Positions 43,090-56,174 of a stretch of DNA of 64,000 nt are shown here, in pieces. The notes beneath the pieces are model-generated. The model worked only from the letters and a program-made list of their open reading frames with translations, was not told where the DNA came from and did not search any database. Source of the stretch: Octopus vulgaris (taxonomy: Eukaryota); contig OX597830.1 of NCBI GenBank assembly GCA_951406725.2, positions 6,200,001-6,264,000 of the forward strand, in the 5' to 3' direction. The position numbers and the translations under genes were made by a program. Position 1 is the first letter of the stretch. Each line of letters opens with the position of its first letter.

Positions 43090-43812
43090 CATATAAATAC
43101 ATATATTCCGGGCGAACCATGAATTAGGCACGCATTCAGGGCCATATAACCACATATAATGAGAATAGAGGTTCTTTATTCTTTACTCTGAGGTTCACCG
43201 AGTGCTCCGCTCTTTGTATTAAAGGAAGGTTACTCTACAGTACGTTCCTATACTATTAACTGGAGATCCTTTTACGACAAACGGAAGTCGAACCTAAAGG
43301 CAGTTTGCAACAATGTCTTGAAATTTGAAAGCAATCTTCCATCAATATAAACCCAGGATATTTCTTTTTACCGCATTATAAGACTTTATTTCGTTACATG
43401 TCTGTTCCTTTTTTTCTATATCACTATAGTTACTCCCTCACTCATTCACTCAATGCCTATCACACACACACACACACTCTCTCTCTCTCGCTCTGTCACT
43501 CTCTCTCTCTCTCTCTCTTACATACAATCCTACTTTTTCGCTTAATCGATTAGAATGTCTATTTTTCACTTTTTTCTATCTTTCTATTCGTTGCTTTTTC
43601 TTTTTTAACTTGTTTTCTTTTCTTTCTCTTCTTTAATTTTACATTTTCATTTTGCTCAAAATTTTTCTGTATGCATATTTATATGTACAGAAGTATAGAC
43701 AAACACATACACACACATACATATGCGTGCGCACGCATATATGAATATATGAGATTTTATTTTTTATATGTACTGTGCTCTGGATGTATATGTATATATT
43801 TATATAAAGAGA

Positions 43813-43849
<37 letters not shown>

Positions 43850-44291
43850 CCGGTATATCGGGAAGAAAATAGGCATTTAAAGTGCAATATTGAAGATGAG
43901 TCTAAATGAGGGTGTATATCTAGCCATGCATACCACATACATACATACATACATACTTACATACATACATACATACATACTTACATACATACATAGATAC
44001 AGACATACATACATACATACATTTGTGTGTGTGTGTGTGTGTGTGTGTATGAAATGTTAGACAACAGTGGAGAGAAATGGAGTAATGTCAGAGATAGAAA
44101 AACTGAACAGAGGAATTATGTGAGAAACAGAAATATAAAGAAAAAAGGAACATCATATCATTAAAGATTAACATTCATCGATACTGACCTTCTTCAAAAG
44201 AATATACACGTACATGCAAAATACACAAATACATATGTATATATGTGTATATGTATATATATAAATATATATGTGTGTGTGTGTATATATG

Positions 44292-44353
<62 letters not shown>

Positions 44354-44467
44354 TATATGTATGTATGTATATGAATAGATGAATAGATGAAATTAAATAA
44401 ATGACAAGGTTATAGAAATTATATAATCAACTATATATATATAGGAATTATATAATCAAATTATATA

Positions 44468-44519
44468 ATGGCGGTGCCCCAGCTTGGCCACAGCTTGTGA
44501 GCTGAAACTAAAAAAAAAA
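44468..44519 (+). mobile_element. Extremely truncated CR1 3' end
   Basis: atggcggtgccccagcttggccacagcttgtgagctgaaacta matches 26958-27000. Confidence 0.8.
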
Positions 44520-44946
44520 TTGCATTACCTTACTGCTGTTTCTGCTATAAAGTGCACTGCACTGAAAGCTAAATTCTTGTCCATCACCATGTAGATGCTA
44601 TATGGAAACTATAATGTGCTGCACAATATTGACAGAAATGCGTCTTAGAGTAGAAGTAGCTGAAAGTTAATACAATTCATTACATAATTTCCTCTTCCCT
44701 CCTCTCATTTGTTGAATCTCATATTACACTCTGCACTTGTCTGGTTCTTTCTTCTGAAGCGTATATGTATATAATGACTTCAAACGGCAAGTTAATAGTG
44801 TTGCTCTGCCGAAGCGAAATCTTTATAAATATATATATATATATATATATATAGGGAGAGAGAGAGATGGAAATGTAAAGAGATATATATGAGAATAATG
44901 GAAATGGAGATAAACGCTCAAGATGCTATTAAAATCATTTATATCC

Positions 44947-45040
44947 CCATATCACCGACATATGTTTCGATAGATGCTTTGAAACAAATCTGAGAAGAAG
45001 AATGTGGGAAAATGCATCAATCTCATCAGGGATGATATAA
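44947..45040 (-). ncRNA. Type I hammerhead ribozyme, long stem II
   Basis: ATATCATCC-CTGATGA-GATTGATGC...GCATCTATC-GAAAC-ATAT-GTC-GGTGATAT. Confidence 0.8.
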
Positions 45041-45660
45041 ACAGTGCTCATCAATAAGTCATTTTTACAGTTGTAAGAAACTGCAATATATAATATATAT
45101 TTGGTAAACAATGTGGATAGGAAAAGCTAGTAATTCAAAAATACCGTTAAGTAATTTGACGACAAAGGACGAGTGACGAAGAGAAAGAGGAGAGAAAGAG
45201 ATTTGAAGGAACAGTGGAAGTATAAATAAATAGAAAGTGAATGATAGAAAAGATGAAGGAAAGAATAAAGTTTAAGTTGCAGATATTATTAGGTAAAGGG
45301 GCTCTCTTTTTGTACGGAGGAACACTTATTTATCCTTTTTTTCCAAAGACACAATGAACAAATCCTATGAAAGAACGTGTCAACAACTTAAACTTTCCCT
45401 TCATACCGCCTATTCTTTCTTTCATCTTTTCTATCTATCTGTCATTCCCTTTCTATTTGTTTATACTTTCACTGCTCCTTCAATTCTCTTTCTCTCTTCT
45501 TTCCCGTCTTCACCCGTCTTCACCCGTCTTATGATGTCAAATTCCTTAACGGTATTTTAAAAAATACTGGCGTTCCCTATCCAATTTTGCTTTCCAAATA
45601 TATATTATATATTGCAGTTTCTTACATCTGTAAAAATGACTTATTGATGAGCACTGTTGT

Positions 45661-45757
45661 TTATATCCTCACTGATGAGATTGATGCATTTTCCCACATT
45701 ATTTTTCATCTCAGATTTATTTTAATGCATCTATCGAAACATATGTCGGTGATATGG
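45661..45757 (+). ncRNA. Type I hammerhead ribozyme, long stem II
   Basis: CTGATGA 45672-45678; GATTGATGCATT...AATGCATCTATC; GAAAC-ATAT-GTC (45736-45747); stem I imperfect. Confidence 0.75.
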
Positions 45758-45969
45758 TGATATAAATGATTTTGATAACATCTTGAGCGTTTTTTTCCAT
45801 TTTCCATTATACTTATGTTCTGTAAAATACGTCTCACGTCTCGGAATTGCCACCCACGCATGTGTAATTACTAATTCCTTAGACGCTTAAGTGGCATTTG
45901 GCTACTTTGTAACTGTTCCTCTGGATCTTTCCTTGTAAACTGAAAGCATACACACCCACACACACAAGC

Positions 45970-46108
<139 letters not shown>

Positions 46109-47775
46109 TATACATATATATCGTTCAAGGATCATAAAACAGATTTCAACCGCAAGCCGACATTTACACAAACTTTTACCGAAACTGCTGTGGAACGGAT
46201 CACATTTGCTTGCAATTAACTAAGAAAAGCAAGTAATTAAAAAGGTTTACGGTAATGTTCATTAAAGATAGAAACAATCTCCATATTATTCACCCCATTA
46301 TATATTACTGTTACATCTCCATTATTGTTTGTAGACAAGCGAAATCAAATTTGCTTAATCCACCATCGCCAATGAAACTGAAACAATATAACTTCTTTCA
46401 CTAAAATACCAGTGAAATATAACGATAGCTAAGGGTTCAATAAGAAGCGATAATTTGTATGTTAGGTCGAATGCCTCTGACACCGCAAAAATCAGCGGCT
46501 TCGTTGGTTTTTATATAAAATGAAACCCTGGTTTTTAGGAAATACGAATGGTCAGTATAGATATGACGGGCTGTAAAGGCTAAAGGGTGTCAGCCCATGT
46601 GTGATCGTTGGATACATGATAAAGTCTCCTCAACTTCTTGAAGAATTTTCTTTCCACAGATGATACTCATCCTCAAATGAGAAAGTTAGTACCCTACAAT
46701 CCATTTTGAAAATTGTGTCTCAGGCCAAAGGATCTTCTGAATTATATTCATAGGTAGTCCAAACACCCTAGATATATTTTAAATCACCATATAGCAAACA
46801 TTTTTTATAAGGTTGCTCTATCTTATGGCCAATGTGCACGTTTCCAAACGCAACCCCGTATTACATAATGGTCTTTAAAATTGAAATATTGCCCATGAAC
46901 ATTTATGTCTCGTTATCATAAGATACCAACATGAAAAGTGGTGTAATATGTTTATCCTCTCCGTTTAGTATCCATAGATTAACCATCGGCTCAAATTTTC
47001 ATTAAACTCTTTAAGAATAATGTCTGTTCAAATCATACATATGTGATATTTAATGAAAATAGTATCGGATATGCAATTACCCCGAACTTCGATCACAATT
47101 TAGTATATTTTTCACTACTAAACTTAGTAAACCATAACAATAACTATTACAAATAACGCACCGACTGTACAACAGTTCGGTTCCATCAGCTACTTCAGTT
47201 TGACTAAAGATATTTAGAACCAAGATCTTGTTATCATAAATAATTCAAAAGCTTATGTCAGGAAAATCTTTTACCGGTCTGATGAAGGTTTTATCCTCAT
47301 GTGTATTCCTTTAGAAACTAGGACGAACGCAGACAAACATTTTTAACATTACACATTTGGTCCTTAAAGAAGAATTAAATACGGTATCATTTTAAAATGA
47401 CTTTATTTACCAGAGTTAAAGTACATGAGATTAATAACAATCTGTGTAAATCTTCCGTCGTGAAGAGCTATGAGAGCTTTATTGCTGAAGCCCTATTACT
47501 GATCTGTTATTTAGGAAATATTCCGATTTCTAGTTGCAGAAACTTTAGACCTATACATTTTAGAAATCATTCATCACAAACAATCCTCTCCATGGCCTGT
47601 AACGCGTTAAGTATGAGCTTTATTGTTCCGCTTTTTCAATTCAGAACCCAATACACATATTTTATTCATCTACTTTCCCATTATTAACAGCTGCAAATCG
47701 AAATGCAACGACTCTCTATTAGTATGTATGTATGTATGTATGTATGTATGTATGTATGTATGTATGTATGTATGA

Positions 47776-47950
47776 ATTTACAAAGACAAGAAGAAGACGT
47801 GTGTGTAAACAACAAATAGATGTATTAGTTTAACACTCGGGAAGGGAAAAAGGTTTTTTACGTTTCGAGCCTACGCTCTTCGACAGAAGGGAACACAGAA
47901 ATAAAAAGGCAGTGAAAATTAAAAAGGTTTAGTGATTAGCGATCTAACAT
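47776..47950 (-). mobile_element. Solo family A pLTR with CUGUCGA HHR
   Basis: Minus CTGTCGA-A-GAGC-GTAG-GCTC-GAAA-CG-TA-AAAA at 47855-47886. Confidence 0.7.
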
Positions 47951-48379
47951 ATGTATGTATGTATATGTGTGTATGCATGTATATATGTATGTATTTATAA
48001 TTATATATAAATGTGTGTATGTGTGTAGATGTATATGTATATATACATTATATGCGTGTGTGTGCGCGCGTGTATGTCCTGGGTATTTTTAAGCCTGATG
48101 CTTCAGAACCATGTAAAGCAGTCACAACCGATTTCTTCTTGAAAGTGGGAGAGGCAGGGCGTGAGGAGGAGGAGGAGGAAGAATTGATTGGAAAGATGAA
48201 AGCTTATCTCTGTGCGATTTGCAGTCAAGGAGAAATTAACTGCAATGAATATCGCAAACGCATTTTATTTGATACTGTAGCATATCTTCCAATTCTCCAA
48301 CAATACACATACACTTGCACACACACACATACGTGCACACACACAAACACACCCACCCACACATGTATATATATCTATC

Positions 48380-48486
<107 letters not shown>

Positions 48487-50059
48487 CATATACAATCATA
48501 CACTTATATTTATGTATTGCTTTCACAAATCTACAGATTGTAAAAATGATAAATGAAAGAATATATGAATAAAAATGTATGCGTGTGTTTATGTATCTCT
48601 GTGAGTATACGTGGATGGCTATAAACAATCATAAAGTGCATTTGTATTTGGTAAATTGCTTAAAGAAACTTACACACACATAACATAGATCACGTTACAC
48701 ATAAGGTAGTGATAAGAAATCTTTACATCTTCCGTTCAAACTCTTGTATTCAACAGCTGAATTTTTAGAAAAAATTCTATACACGGCTATCACTTGAGAA
48801 GACAGTATAATTCTATGCAAAAACATCTGCCAATTGCAAGATTACTAACGCCAAATACTTCAATATACTCGGTACCTTGTTGAAATTGAGGTCATTAAAT
48901 TAAAGTGTGTTCTTATATATGTTGTTACAGAGAAAACGTTGTCGCCGCATATGTGATCGTTAAAAAGAATGTCGGCTTTGTACTTTTATTATGAAGAAAA
49001 TGTGTTTTAGTTTCTCTCTGGGTTTCAGTAACAGTTTTATGACAAAATACTAAATGTCACAGAAAAACAGTTGAGGTTGTTGTTGCTGTTGTTGTCGACG
49101 TTGTTGTTGTAGTTGTTGTTTTGCTGAATGTCAATCTTCACCAACAAGGTCTGTGGCCAAAAAAGGTCAGTCATTGCTCTCTCGTAAATTTACAGGAAAT
49201 GTACAAGAGATTTCATTATATATCCGTTGTTCAGTAACTCTTGTAGATTTAAAGGCGGCTTAACTGCTATTTCTAGCACCTCTAGCAATCGTGTAGTTGT
49301 TCCTCCGGTGTTGTTGGTCGTGGTACTTCTTCAGTTTTGAGGTTAAAGGTGAGGTTAGTATTTTTGTTGTTTAGCCCCAGGTCAGCACTCAACCACACCA
49401 ATGGCCAAACTTGTATCATATATGTATTGTTTCACATACTGCATCTGTATTTTCTCATTTGAAGTGTTAGGTATGATTGTGTTAATACTGTTGTGGATGT
49501 TATTGATGGATTCGTTATTATACTATTGTTTATTTTCACGGAAGCCACAACTTGGCAGACCAATGTGAAAGGCCATTCTCGAAACGGTGATTACAGCAAT
49601 CCAAACACGTGGATCTAGGACCCAAATAATCAACATGTCCTTCTTTTTTACTGATACCAGTTAGTTTTAAGAGTAGCTTAGCAGTTATTACTTGCCGGTC
49701 GAGAACCAAGTAAAAACAACCCTACACCAGCCCTCCACGTTTCCCGTGTTTTGTATTAATGTTCTAGTTTAGCCACATATGTGTGTGTGTGTGTGTGTGT
49801 ATAAGGTACAAGTTAGAGGTGTGTAAATCCTTTAAAGGATAGATGTATCCAAAGGCACCCCTGGTAATTACCTCAGTATATATGGTCCTTGGTATAAGAT
49901 ATACTGCAACAGGTAATTTATATGGTAAACCGTAGTTTCATGTATATATAGACGATAAAAAATGGAGGAAAAACAATGAGAAGTGTGTCTTTGGTGCTAA
50001 AATGCCATTATTTAATTAGTAAGGCAAGGTGAGGGTAAGCGATATATATATATATAAAA

Positions 50060-50433
50060 CTATAGTCGGGCGTCGTTTTGTCTATCTTAACCCACCCTCC
50101 CGCTTTACAACCGTAGTTGGTGTGTTTACGTCCACATAACGCGTCGATTCGGCAATACATACCGACCGAAAGAATATATCTTCGAGCGTGTGTGTGTGTG
50201 TGTGTACATACATACATACGTACATACAAACATGCAAACATACATACACACACACACACATACACGCACACATATATATATAGGCGACGGGCTTCTTTCA
50301 GTTACCATCCTACCAGATCCACTCACAAGCCTATGGTTGGTCGGAAGCTATGCTTGAAGGCACATTGACCATGGTGCCACAGAGTTGGACTGAACACGGA
50401 ACCATGTGGTTGGAAAGCAAATTTCCTACCACG
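50060..50433 (-). mobile_element. SINE of the 31846 family (rearranged tail)
   Basis: cgacgggcttctttcagtt...ccactcacaag...ggactgaac...aaccatgtgg. Confidence 0.7.
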
Positions 50434-50959
50434 TATTTTTCTTCTGGACAATAGTCGTCACCCCATCCCGCCCAAAAGATCATGCGACTGAGATAGTATT
50501 GTTGGCAGCAAATGTCCAAGAGTAGAAGACAGAGAAGAGTAACTGAGTCGGAGAAGATCATGGGAAAAGGAATCAAAGAAATATTCGAATATGAATTCGC
50601 CCAAAGACGTGGAGAGTCTGATCCTGTTTATGCTATATAGGACAAACTGGCCAGCATAAGGCAAGAAGAAAACAATCTACTCCAAAGCAATACATCGAAC
50701 CAGCTTCTGCAGTCTGGGAATACTCAGTGCCAATTGATAACCATTATCAAATGGACCGGTTACGGAGAAACATATATCTCAAATATTGTTTGTATCTCAG
50801 AGAAATGAGACACAAACAATAACAACATTGCAGTCAAGCAGCTTTCTTTATTATAAAACAGACAAACAGAAAACCAGCCGGAAGGCAGTTTTTGCTGTAC
50901 ATAATTATCTAACGTTTGTACGTATATTGTGTATGTATGAATGTATGTATGAATGTATG

Positions 50960-51024
<65 letters not shown>

Positions 51025-51055
51025 ATATGTGTGTAAATATATATATATATATCTT

Positions 51056-51089
<34 letters not shown>

Positions 51090-51504
51090 CTTATGTATAT
51101 ATATTTATATATATATACACCCACGCATATGTATATACTCTCCAATTTACAAATACACAACAGTGACATTGATGGGATTCATTTTGCATACTGAGAGCAT
51201 ATTATGAAATATATCTATTTTGGTTCTTGGAATATTTCATGAAAGAGATTCAAGAATGGAAGAAAATCGATTTAATTTACAAATGTCAGTATTTGGACAG
51301 TCATTCTTTAAAACGAATTGATTAGTTTCAGAATTTAAACATTGAAATGAATGTATGAAGATTTTACTTTAAATCGTGGAACTTATGTTTCGTCACACCA
51401 CAGATACACGTTTACATACATACATCCACACACACACACGCAACACACACATGTACATACACACACATACATATGCAATATTAATTTGTGTTGGAGAACA
51501 TAAA

Positions 51505-51939
51505 TTGTGTACGGCGAAAAAGAGAATAAATACACTGAGCTATTGAGAAATCTGCAGTTACTCTATCCAGATTACAAGTTCAGGTTTATACCTGTAATTA
51601 TTGAAGCGCGGTTATATGTAATACACTACCTAAATACAAATTTTCAGAAATTAGGCTTATCAAAACCAGAAACGAGAAAGCTAATTTGAAGCAAGCTATC
51701 ACTTGAAGGGTAGAAAAATCTGTAAAACTTACCAAAAGATTATAATTTAAGCAAATATGAGCCTGCCTAGACATGCAAGTTTATACATGATAAGACATAC
51801 ATAAACAATACATACAAATCTTCCCGTGTACATACATGCAAAAATACCCTGTTGGTGTTGAAATTCCAATGAAAGATTTTCGGATCTAGGTTAGAAACCG
51901 GCTATTTATCGGCAAGAAAACTTGATATAAAACTGGATA

Positions 51940-51941
<2 letters not shown>
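51505..51941 (+). mobile_element. R4/Dong-like non-LTR 3' end (restriction-like endonuclease C-terminus plus 3' UTR)
   Basis: EKENKYTELLRNLQLLYPDYKFRFIPVII resembles the RLE-domain EK..KY..L...IPVIIG motif; ends at (CA)n. Confidence 0.6.
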
Positions 51942-52037
<96 letters not shown>

Positions 52038-52092
52038 ACACACAGACAAACACATACACATACACACACACAAACACACACACACACACACT
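51942..52092. repeat. (CA)n microsatellite
   Basis: Direct reading. Confidence 0.95.
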
Positions 52093-52162
52093 CATCGATA
52101 TATATATGCGAGTATGTATGTATATAATGTACACAGTGTATACAATAACAGCTACTGAGAGA

Positions 52163-52303
52163 TTCTTGCCATAGAGATTCTGAGATTAGATAGATATATG
52201 ACGTGCCTTGTGTTTCTAAGCAGTCTCCAGGCTTGGGGCACATGGTTGGCTCTTGCGTCCTGAATCTGAAGATGCCTGGAGCTCTCAGTGTCTGTGGCAA
52301 GAA
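52163..52303. mobile_element. Short MITE-like hairpin
   Basis: TTCTTGCCATAGAGATTCTGAGA / TCTCAGTGTCTGTGGCAAGAA termini and inner CTCCAGGC/GCCTGGAG. Confidence 0.5.
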
Positions 52304-52339
52304 GTATTAGATCTTATTTAATACACTAAATGATATTTA

Positions 52340-53508
52340 AGAAGGTCGCCTGAAAAGTTCATAGACTGACCAAGATACACACATGGAACGTGACCAGAAC
52401 AGGTATATTTTTTTCAACATAGTCCCCCTTGAGGTTGACACATGTCTGTCATGTGGGGTGCAGTGATAGGATTCCATTGGTGAAGACGTTATAACCCTGC
52501 TGGTTAACAAATACAATGTCATCGTTAGTTCAATGCTGGTCCCCTACCAAGTGTTTTTACATGTTTGGAAATAGTGATAATCATATGGGGCCAAATCGGA
52601 AGACAGCTGCCATTGAAACCAAAGACTTCTGTTATGGAGAATTGTCCTAATGAAAGAAAACCCCTTTTGTCAGTTTTCCTAGGCGTTTGATCTTGATCGC
52701 CATAACAGGCTCAGCAAGTTGGCATATGACTCTCTATTGATAGTGTAGTTCTTTTGAAGACACTCAATAAACACAATGCCTTTCGCATCCCCCAAAATTC
52801 CCTGTAGACGAAATTATCTTGACTTTGTTTGGAGAAGGTCAGGGGGGGCATTTTCACTGCGTATAATTGTATATTTGCCTCTGACATAAAATGATGAACA
52901 CTACACTTATACTGGCTTAGGAAACGTGCAAAGAAGCCGGCTGGATCTGCCTGAAACAATGTCAGATTTTTCCGTGATGTAATCAGCATGGTGCAATATT
53001 GACCATATGTCTGAATACGTGGCACCCACCGAGCAAAAACCTTCGTCACAATATGTTAATACCATTGGCTATTTGATTTATAGTCAGTCACCTGTTATTT
53101 ATCACCATGTAGTGAACATAATCTTCAATAGTGGCGATTGCAGGACGCCCAGAGACAGGGTTATCTCCAGGACTCTCTCTACCCTATATAAATTCAACTG
53201 CCAACTGCTCAACTGATAATAAAGTATCTTCCCCTAATTAGCAACCATGTAAGCATGAGTGTCCCTGGGGTCTAAATCCTTTTCTGTTGGTACTTGATTA
53301 GACAACAAATGCCAAATTTTGTCGATTTTCAAGAGAGGTCGTTACTAATTACATTAAAAGTTTTCTATGAACAGCCAGATGTTAGTCTAATTGGAAAGGA
53401 ACAATGCATTTTTAAATGAAAAGAGTCGATCGAAACTAATGGATGCGAGATTTCACAGCTCTAGCATCACTCCTTCACAGTCAGCCTATGAACTTTTCAA
53501 CTCACTCG
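52340..53508 (-). mobile_element. Decayed mariner transposon
   Basis: TIRs TGAAAAGTTCATAGACTGA / TCAGCCTATGAACTTTTCA; minus translation has KVFARWVPR and SDLAPYDYHYF. Confidence 0.82.
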
Positions 53509-54185
53509 TGTATCTGTGACTGGACGGGATACATTTTGGTTGATCTTATGTCAACAGAACAGCAAACTATTTGTGTTTATTTGTGTGTGCGGTTCGTGCA
53601 TGTTTGTGTGTATATATATATATATCGATTTTTTTCCTCCAGAGGATGAGATGTTTAAATAGATTAAGTATTTATGATGAATGTTATTAGACATAATTAT
53701 ATTTGTTTTGTATTCAAATCTATGACACTCGCACGTCTGTTATTTCTTTGAGCTCCTATTTGCTTGAACTATGCAAATTACAACGACCTTAAATATTATC
53801 TGCCTTTTTTGCATAAATCTTCGTATTTTTGCTCCTGGAGACAAGGTCGGAGAATTGTGAAGCTGTTGAATGCTATTGAGCCAAAACCAGATGAGCACGA
53901 CTCTCTTTTTATCTCCTGGCGATAACACTGTCCTTTACTCTGAATGACATCTAATTTCGGGAGAAAGCTTAATTCTTGAAATTGTTTCCTCTTCTGAAGT
54001 GAAGCTGTCCTTAATTGCAATTTGTCAATTATGATACAACCTCTAGAGGTGGAGATACTACCAATAAATCTAGAATATGTGTTGTATGGCATTTGATAAA
54101 CCTGTAATATCTCTCTCTATATATATGTGTGTGTCTGTGTGTGTGTGTATGTGAGTGTGATTGTGCATGTGTATGTGTGTGTGTG

Positions 54186-54225
<40 letters not shown>

Positions 54226-54234
54226 GTTGAAATT

Positions 54235-54385
54235 TAAAGAAAAACAAAAGACGAAGACAGGTCTGTGGACTACAAGCAGGCGTATAAGTTTGACGCACGA
54301 GAAAGTGAGAAAATCTTTTACATTTCGAGCCTACGCTCTTCAACAGAAAGGAATAAGGGAAAATAAACAGAGAGAGAATAAAATA
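54235..54385 (-). mobile_element. Solo family A pLTR with CUGUUGA HHR
   Basis: Minus CTTT-CTGTTGA-A-GAGC-GTAG-GCTC-GAAATGTA-AAAG at 54315-54350. Confidence 0.7.
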
Positions 54386-54390
54386 TGAAT

Positions 54391-54423
<33 letters not shown>

Positions 54424-54469
54424 TATATATGTGTGTGTGTGTGTATATATATATAGTTATATATATATA

Positions 54470-54503
<34 letters not shown>

Positions 54504-54547
54504 TATATAAATGAAAGAATGGAGTCGAACGACGATTTAACAAAATT

Positions 54548-54642
54548 CCTTTATTCTCGACATATGTTTCGAAGACTGCATATTCTTAATTCCGAAGGAA
54601 TAAAGGGTGCATTATGCCGTTTTCTCATCAGGAAAGACAAGG
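54548..54642 (-). ncRNA. Type I hammerhead ribozyme, long stem II
   Basis: CCTTGTCTTTC-CTGATGA-GAAAACGGCATA...TATGCAGTCTTC-GAAAC-ATAT-GTC-GAGAATAAAGG. Confidence 0.75.
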
Positions 54643-54726
54643 AACTTATGTCAGCATCATGACGAACAAGATCTTTTAGATGACTGCCCACACGGAGTCC
54701 ATAGTGATAATGAGTGTTTCTTTAAA

Positions 54727-54783
54727 ATATTCCGTTATAAGCAGTGACGTCAAAATTGGTTGGATGGATAATATTCTAAAAAG

Positions 54784-54834
<51 letters not shown>

Positions 54835-54902
54835 CTTTTTAGAATCTTGAGCTTTTTAGAATATTATCCATCCAACCAATTTTGACGTCACTGCTTATAA
54901 CG

Positions 54903-54908
<6 letters not shown>
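54727..54908. repeat. Perfect 61-bp inverted duplication around (AT)n
   Basis: 54727-54787 is the exact reverse complement of 54848-54908. Confidence 0.92.
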
Positions 54909-54940
<32 letters not shown>

Positions 54941-54944
<4 letters not shown>

Positions 54945-55564
54945 AATTCTCCCTGAGCAAATAAATTATCTTTATTGCTGAAAGAACGAAACTGCAGTCT
55001 AAGAGGAACCGAGTTAGTAAATGTTTTTATTTTCATTTCACTAAATTTATCTAACTTCTGTGTTTCTAGCACATATTTCGCCTTAATGAACTGATATATG
55101 AATAATATATGGCTTGTGCTAGAAATACCAGCGATAATAATTAATTTTATTTTATCGCAATTTGACTTGTTTACATATTTCTCAATAAATTTTGAGCGTT
55201 AGACAATATACCAGAAATCCCTAGTTTTGTCGGGACGTTCTGAGTCTGCGCAGTGATCTGATTAGTTAGAGAGAGCAAATCATTAGAAGCACATGCTTCT
55301 AGTGAGTTAGGATCTCAGAACAACAGGGCTCTTACCGATGAATTCTCCCTGAGCAAATAAATTATCTTTATTGCTGAAAAGAACGAAACTGCAGTCTAAG
55401 AGGAACCGAGTTAGTAAATGTTTTTATTTTCATTTCACTAAATTTATCTAGCTTCTGTGTTTCTAGCACATATTTCGCCTTAATGTACTGATATATGAAT
55501 ATTATATGGCTTGTGCTAGAAATACCAGCGATAATAATTAATTTTATTTTATCGCAATTTGACT

Positions 55565-55567
<3 letters not shown>
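54941..55567 (+). mobile_element. Tandem HHR-bearing repeat (retrozyme or tandem pLTR-like)
   Basis: About 230-bp direct repeats 54941-55170 and 55337-55567, nearly identical, flanked by (AT)n. Confidence 0.8.
55329..55402 (+). ncRNA. Type I hammerhead ribozyme, U4C core variant
   Basis: Stem I CTCTTA/TAAGAG; CCGATGA; stem II TTCT..AGCAAATAA/TTATTGCT..AGAA; GAAAC-TGCA-GTC. Confidence 0.78.
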
Positions 55568-55636
<69 letters not shown>

Positions 55637-55816
55637 GCAAGATCCAAGGATCAAGGTGTAGGAAGAAAGTTAGTTTCGAGCAATCCGCAGTAAGTCTAGA
55701 AAAACAATTTACAAGAGCAATAGCAGGTTATTGAGGTGGAAGGTTGCGAATCTTTTTTTCTTTATCGAAGAACGAAGTCGACGACGGTTGCCGAGTATAC
55801 GAAAAAGAATACATGT

Positions 55817-56081
55817 GTTACTGAGTGGAGTATGGGAAACCCGGACTACATGTGTTTCATAGCGAGTGGAACTGCAGAAGTGGTAAAATCCAAGTGAGGT
55901 GTATACAGCCGGCTACTCTTCAGACTAAGAATATATTGATTAAATGAAAAGCTACTCAATCAGATATTCTTGGCCTGAAGTGTAGTCTGTGGTATGCACC
56001 TCGTTTGGATTTTACCACTTTTGAGGCTCCCCTCGCTATGAAACCTATGGAGCCCGGATTTTTTCTACTCCATTCCGTAAC
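55817..56081. mobile_element. Diverged inverted repeat with an HHR in each arm
   Basis: Left arm minus: CTGAAGA-GTAGC...GCTAT-GAAAC-ACAT-GTA; right arm plus: TCTTGGC-CTGAAGT-GTAGT...GCTAT-GAAAC-CTAT-GGA-GCCCGGA. Confidence 0.72.
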
Positions 56082-56110
56082 TCTGGTATATATATTTATG
56101 TGCGTGTGTG

Positions 56111-56171
<61 letters not shown>

Positions 56172-56174
<3 letters not shown>

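Larger units (their letters stand above)
44892..45812. mobile_element. Large inverted repeat of PLE pLTR-like arms, one HHR per arm
   Basis: Arms about 44892-45280 and 45385-45812 are diverged reverse complements. Confidence 0.85.

Noticed and set aside
47275-47325. CTGATGA-AGG...CCT-TTA-GAAACTAGGA
   Set aside because: Extra bases before GAAA, no UH cleavage site and no stem I; at best a fossil.
55061-55127. Antisense hammerhead inside the tandem unit (viroid-like ambisense)
   Set aside because: A strong stem TTTCTAGCACA/TGTGCTAGAAA and GGC-GAAA exist on minus, but the CUGANGA core is absent; treated as a plain hairpin.
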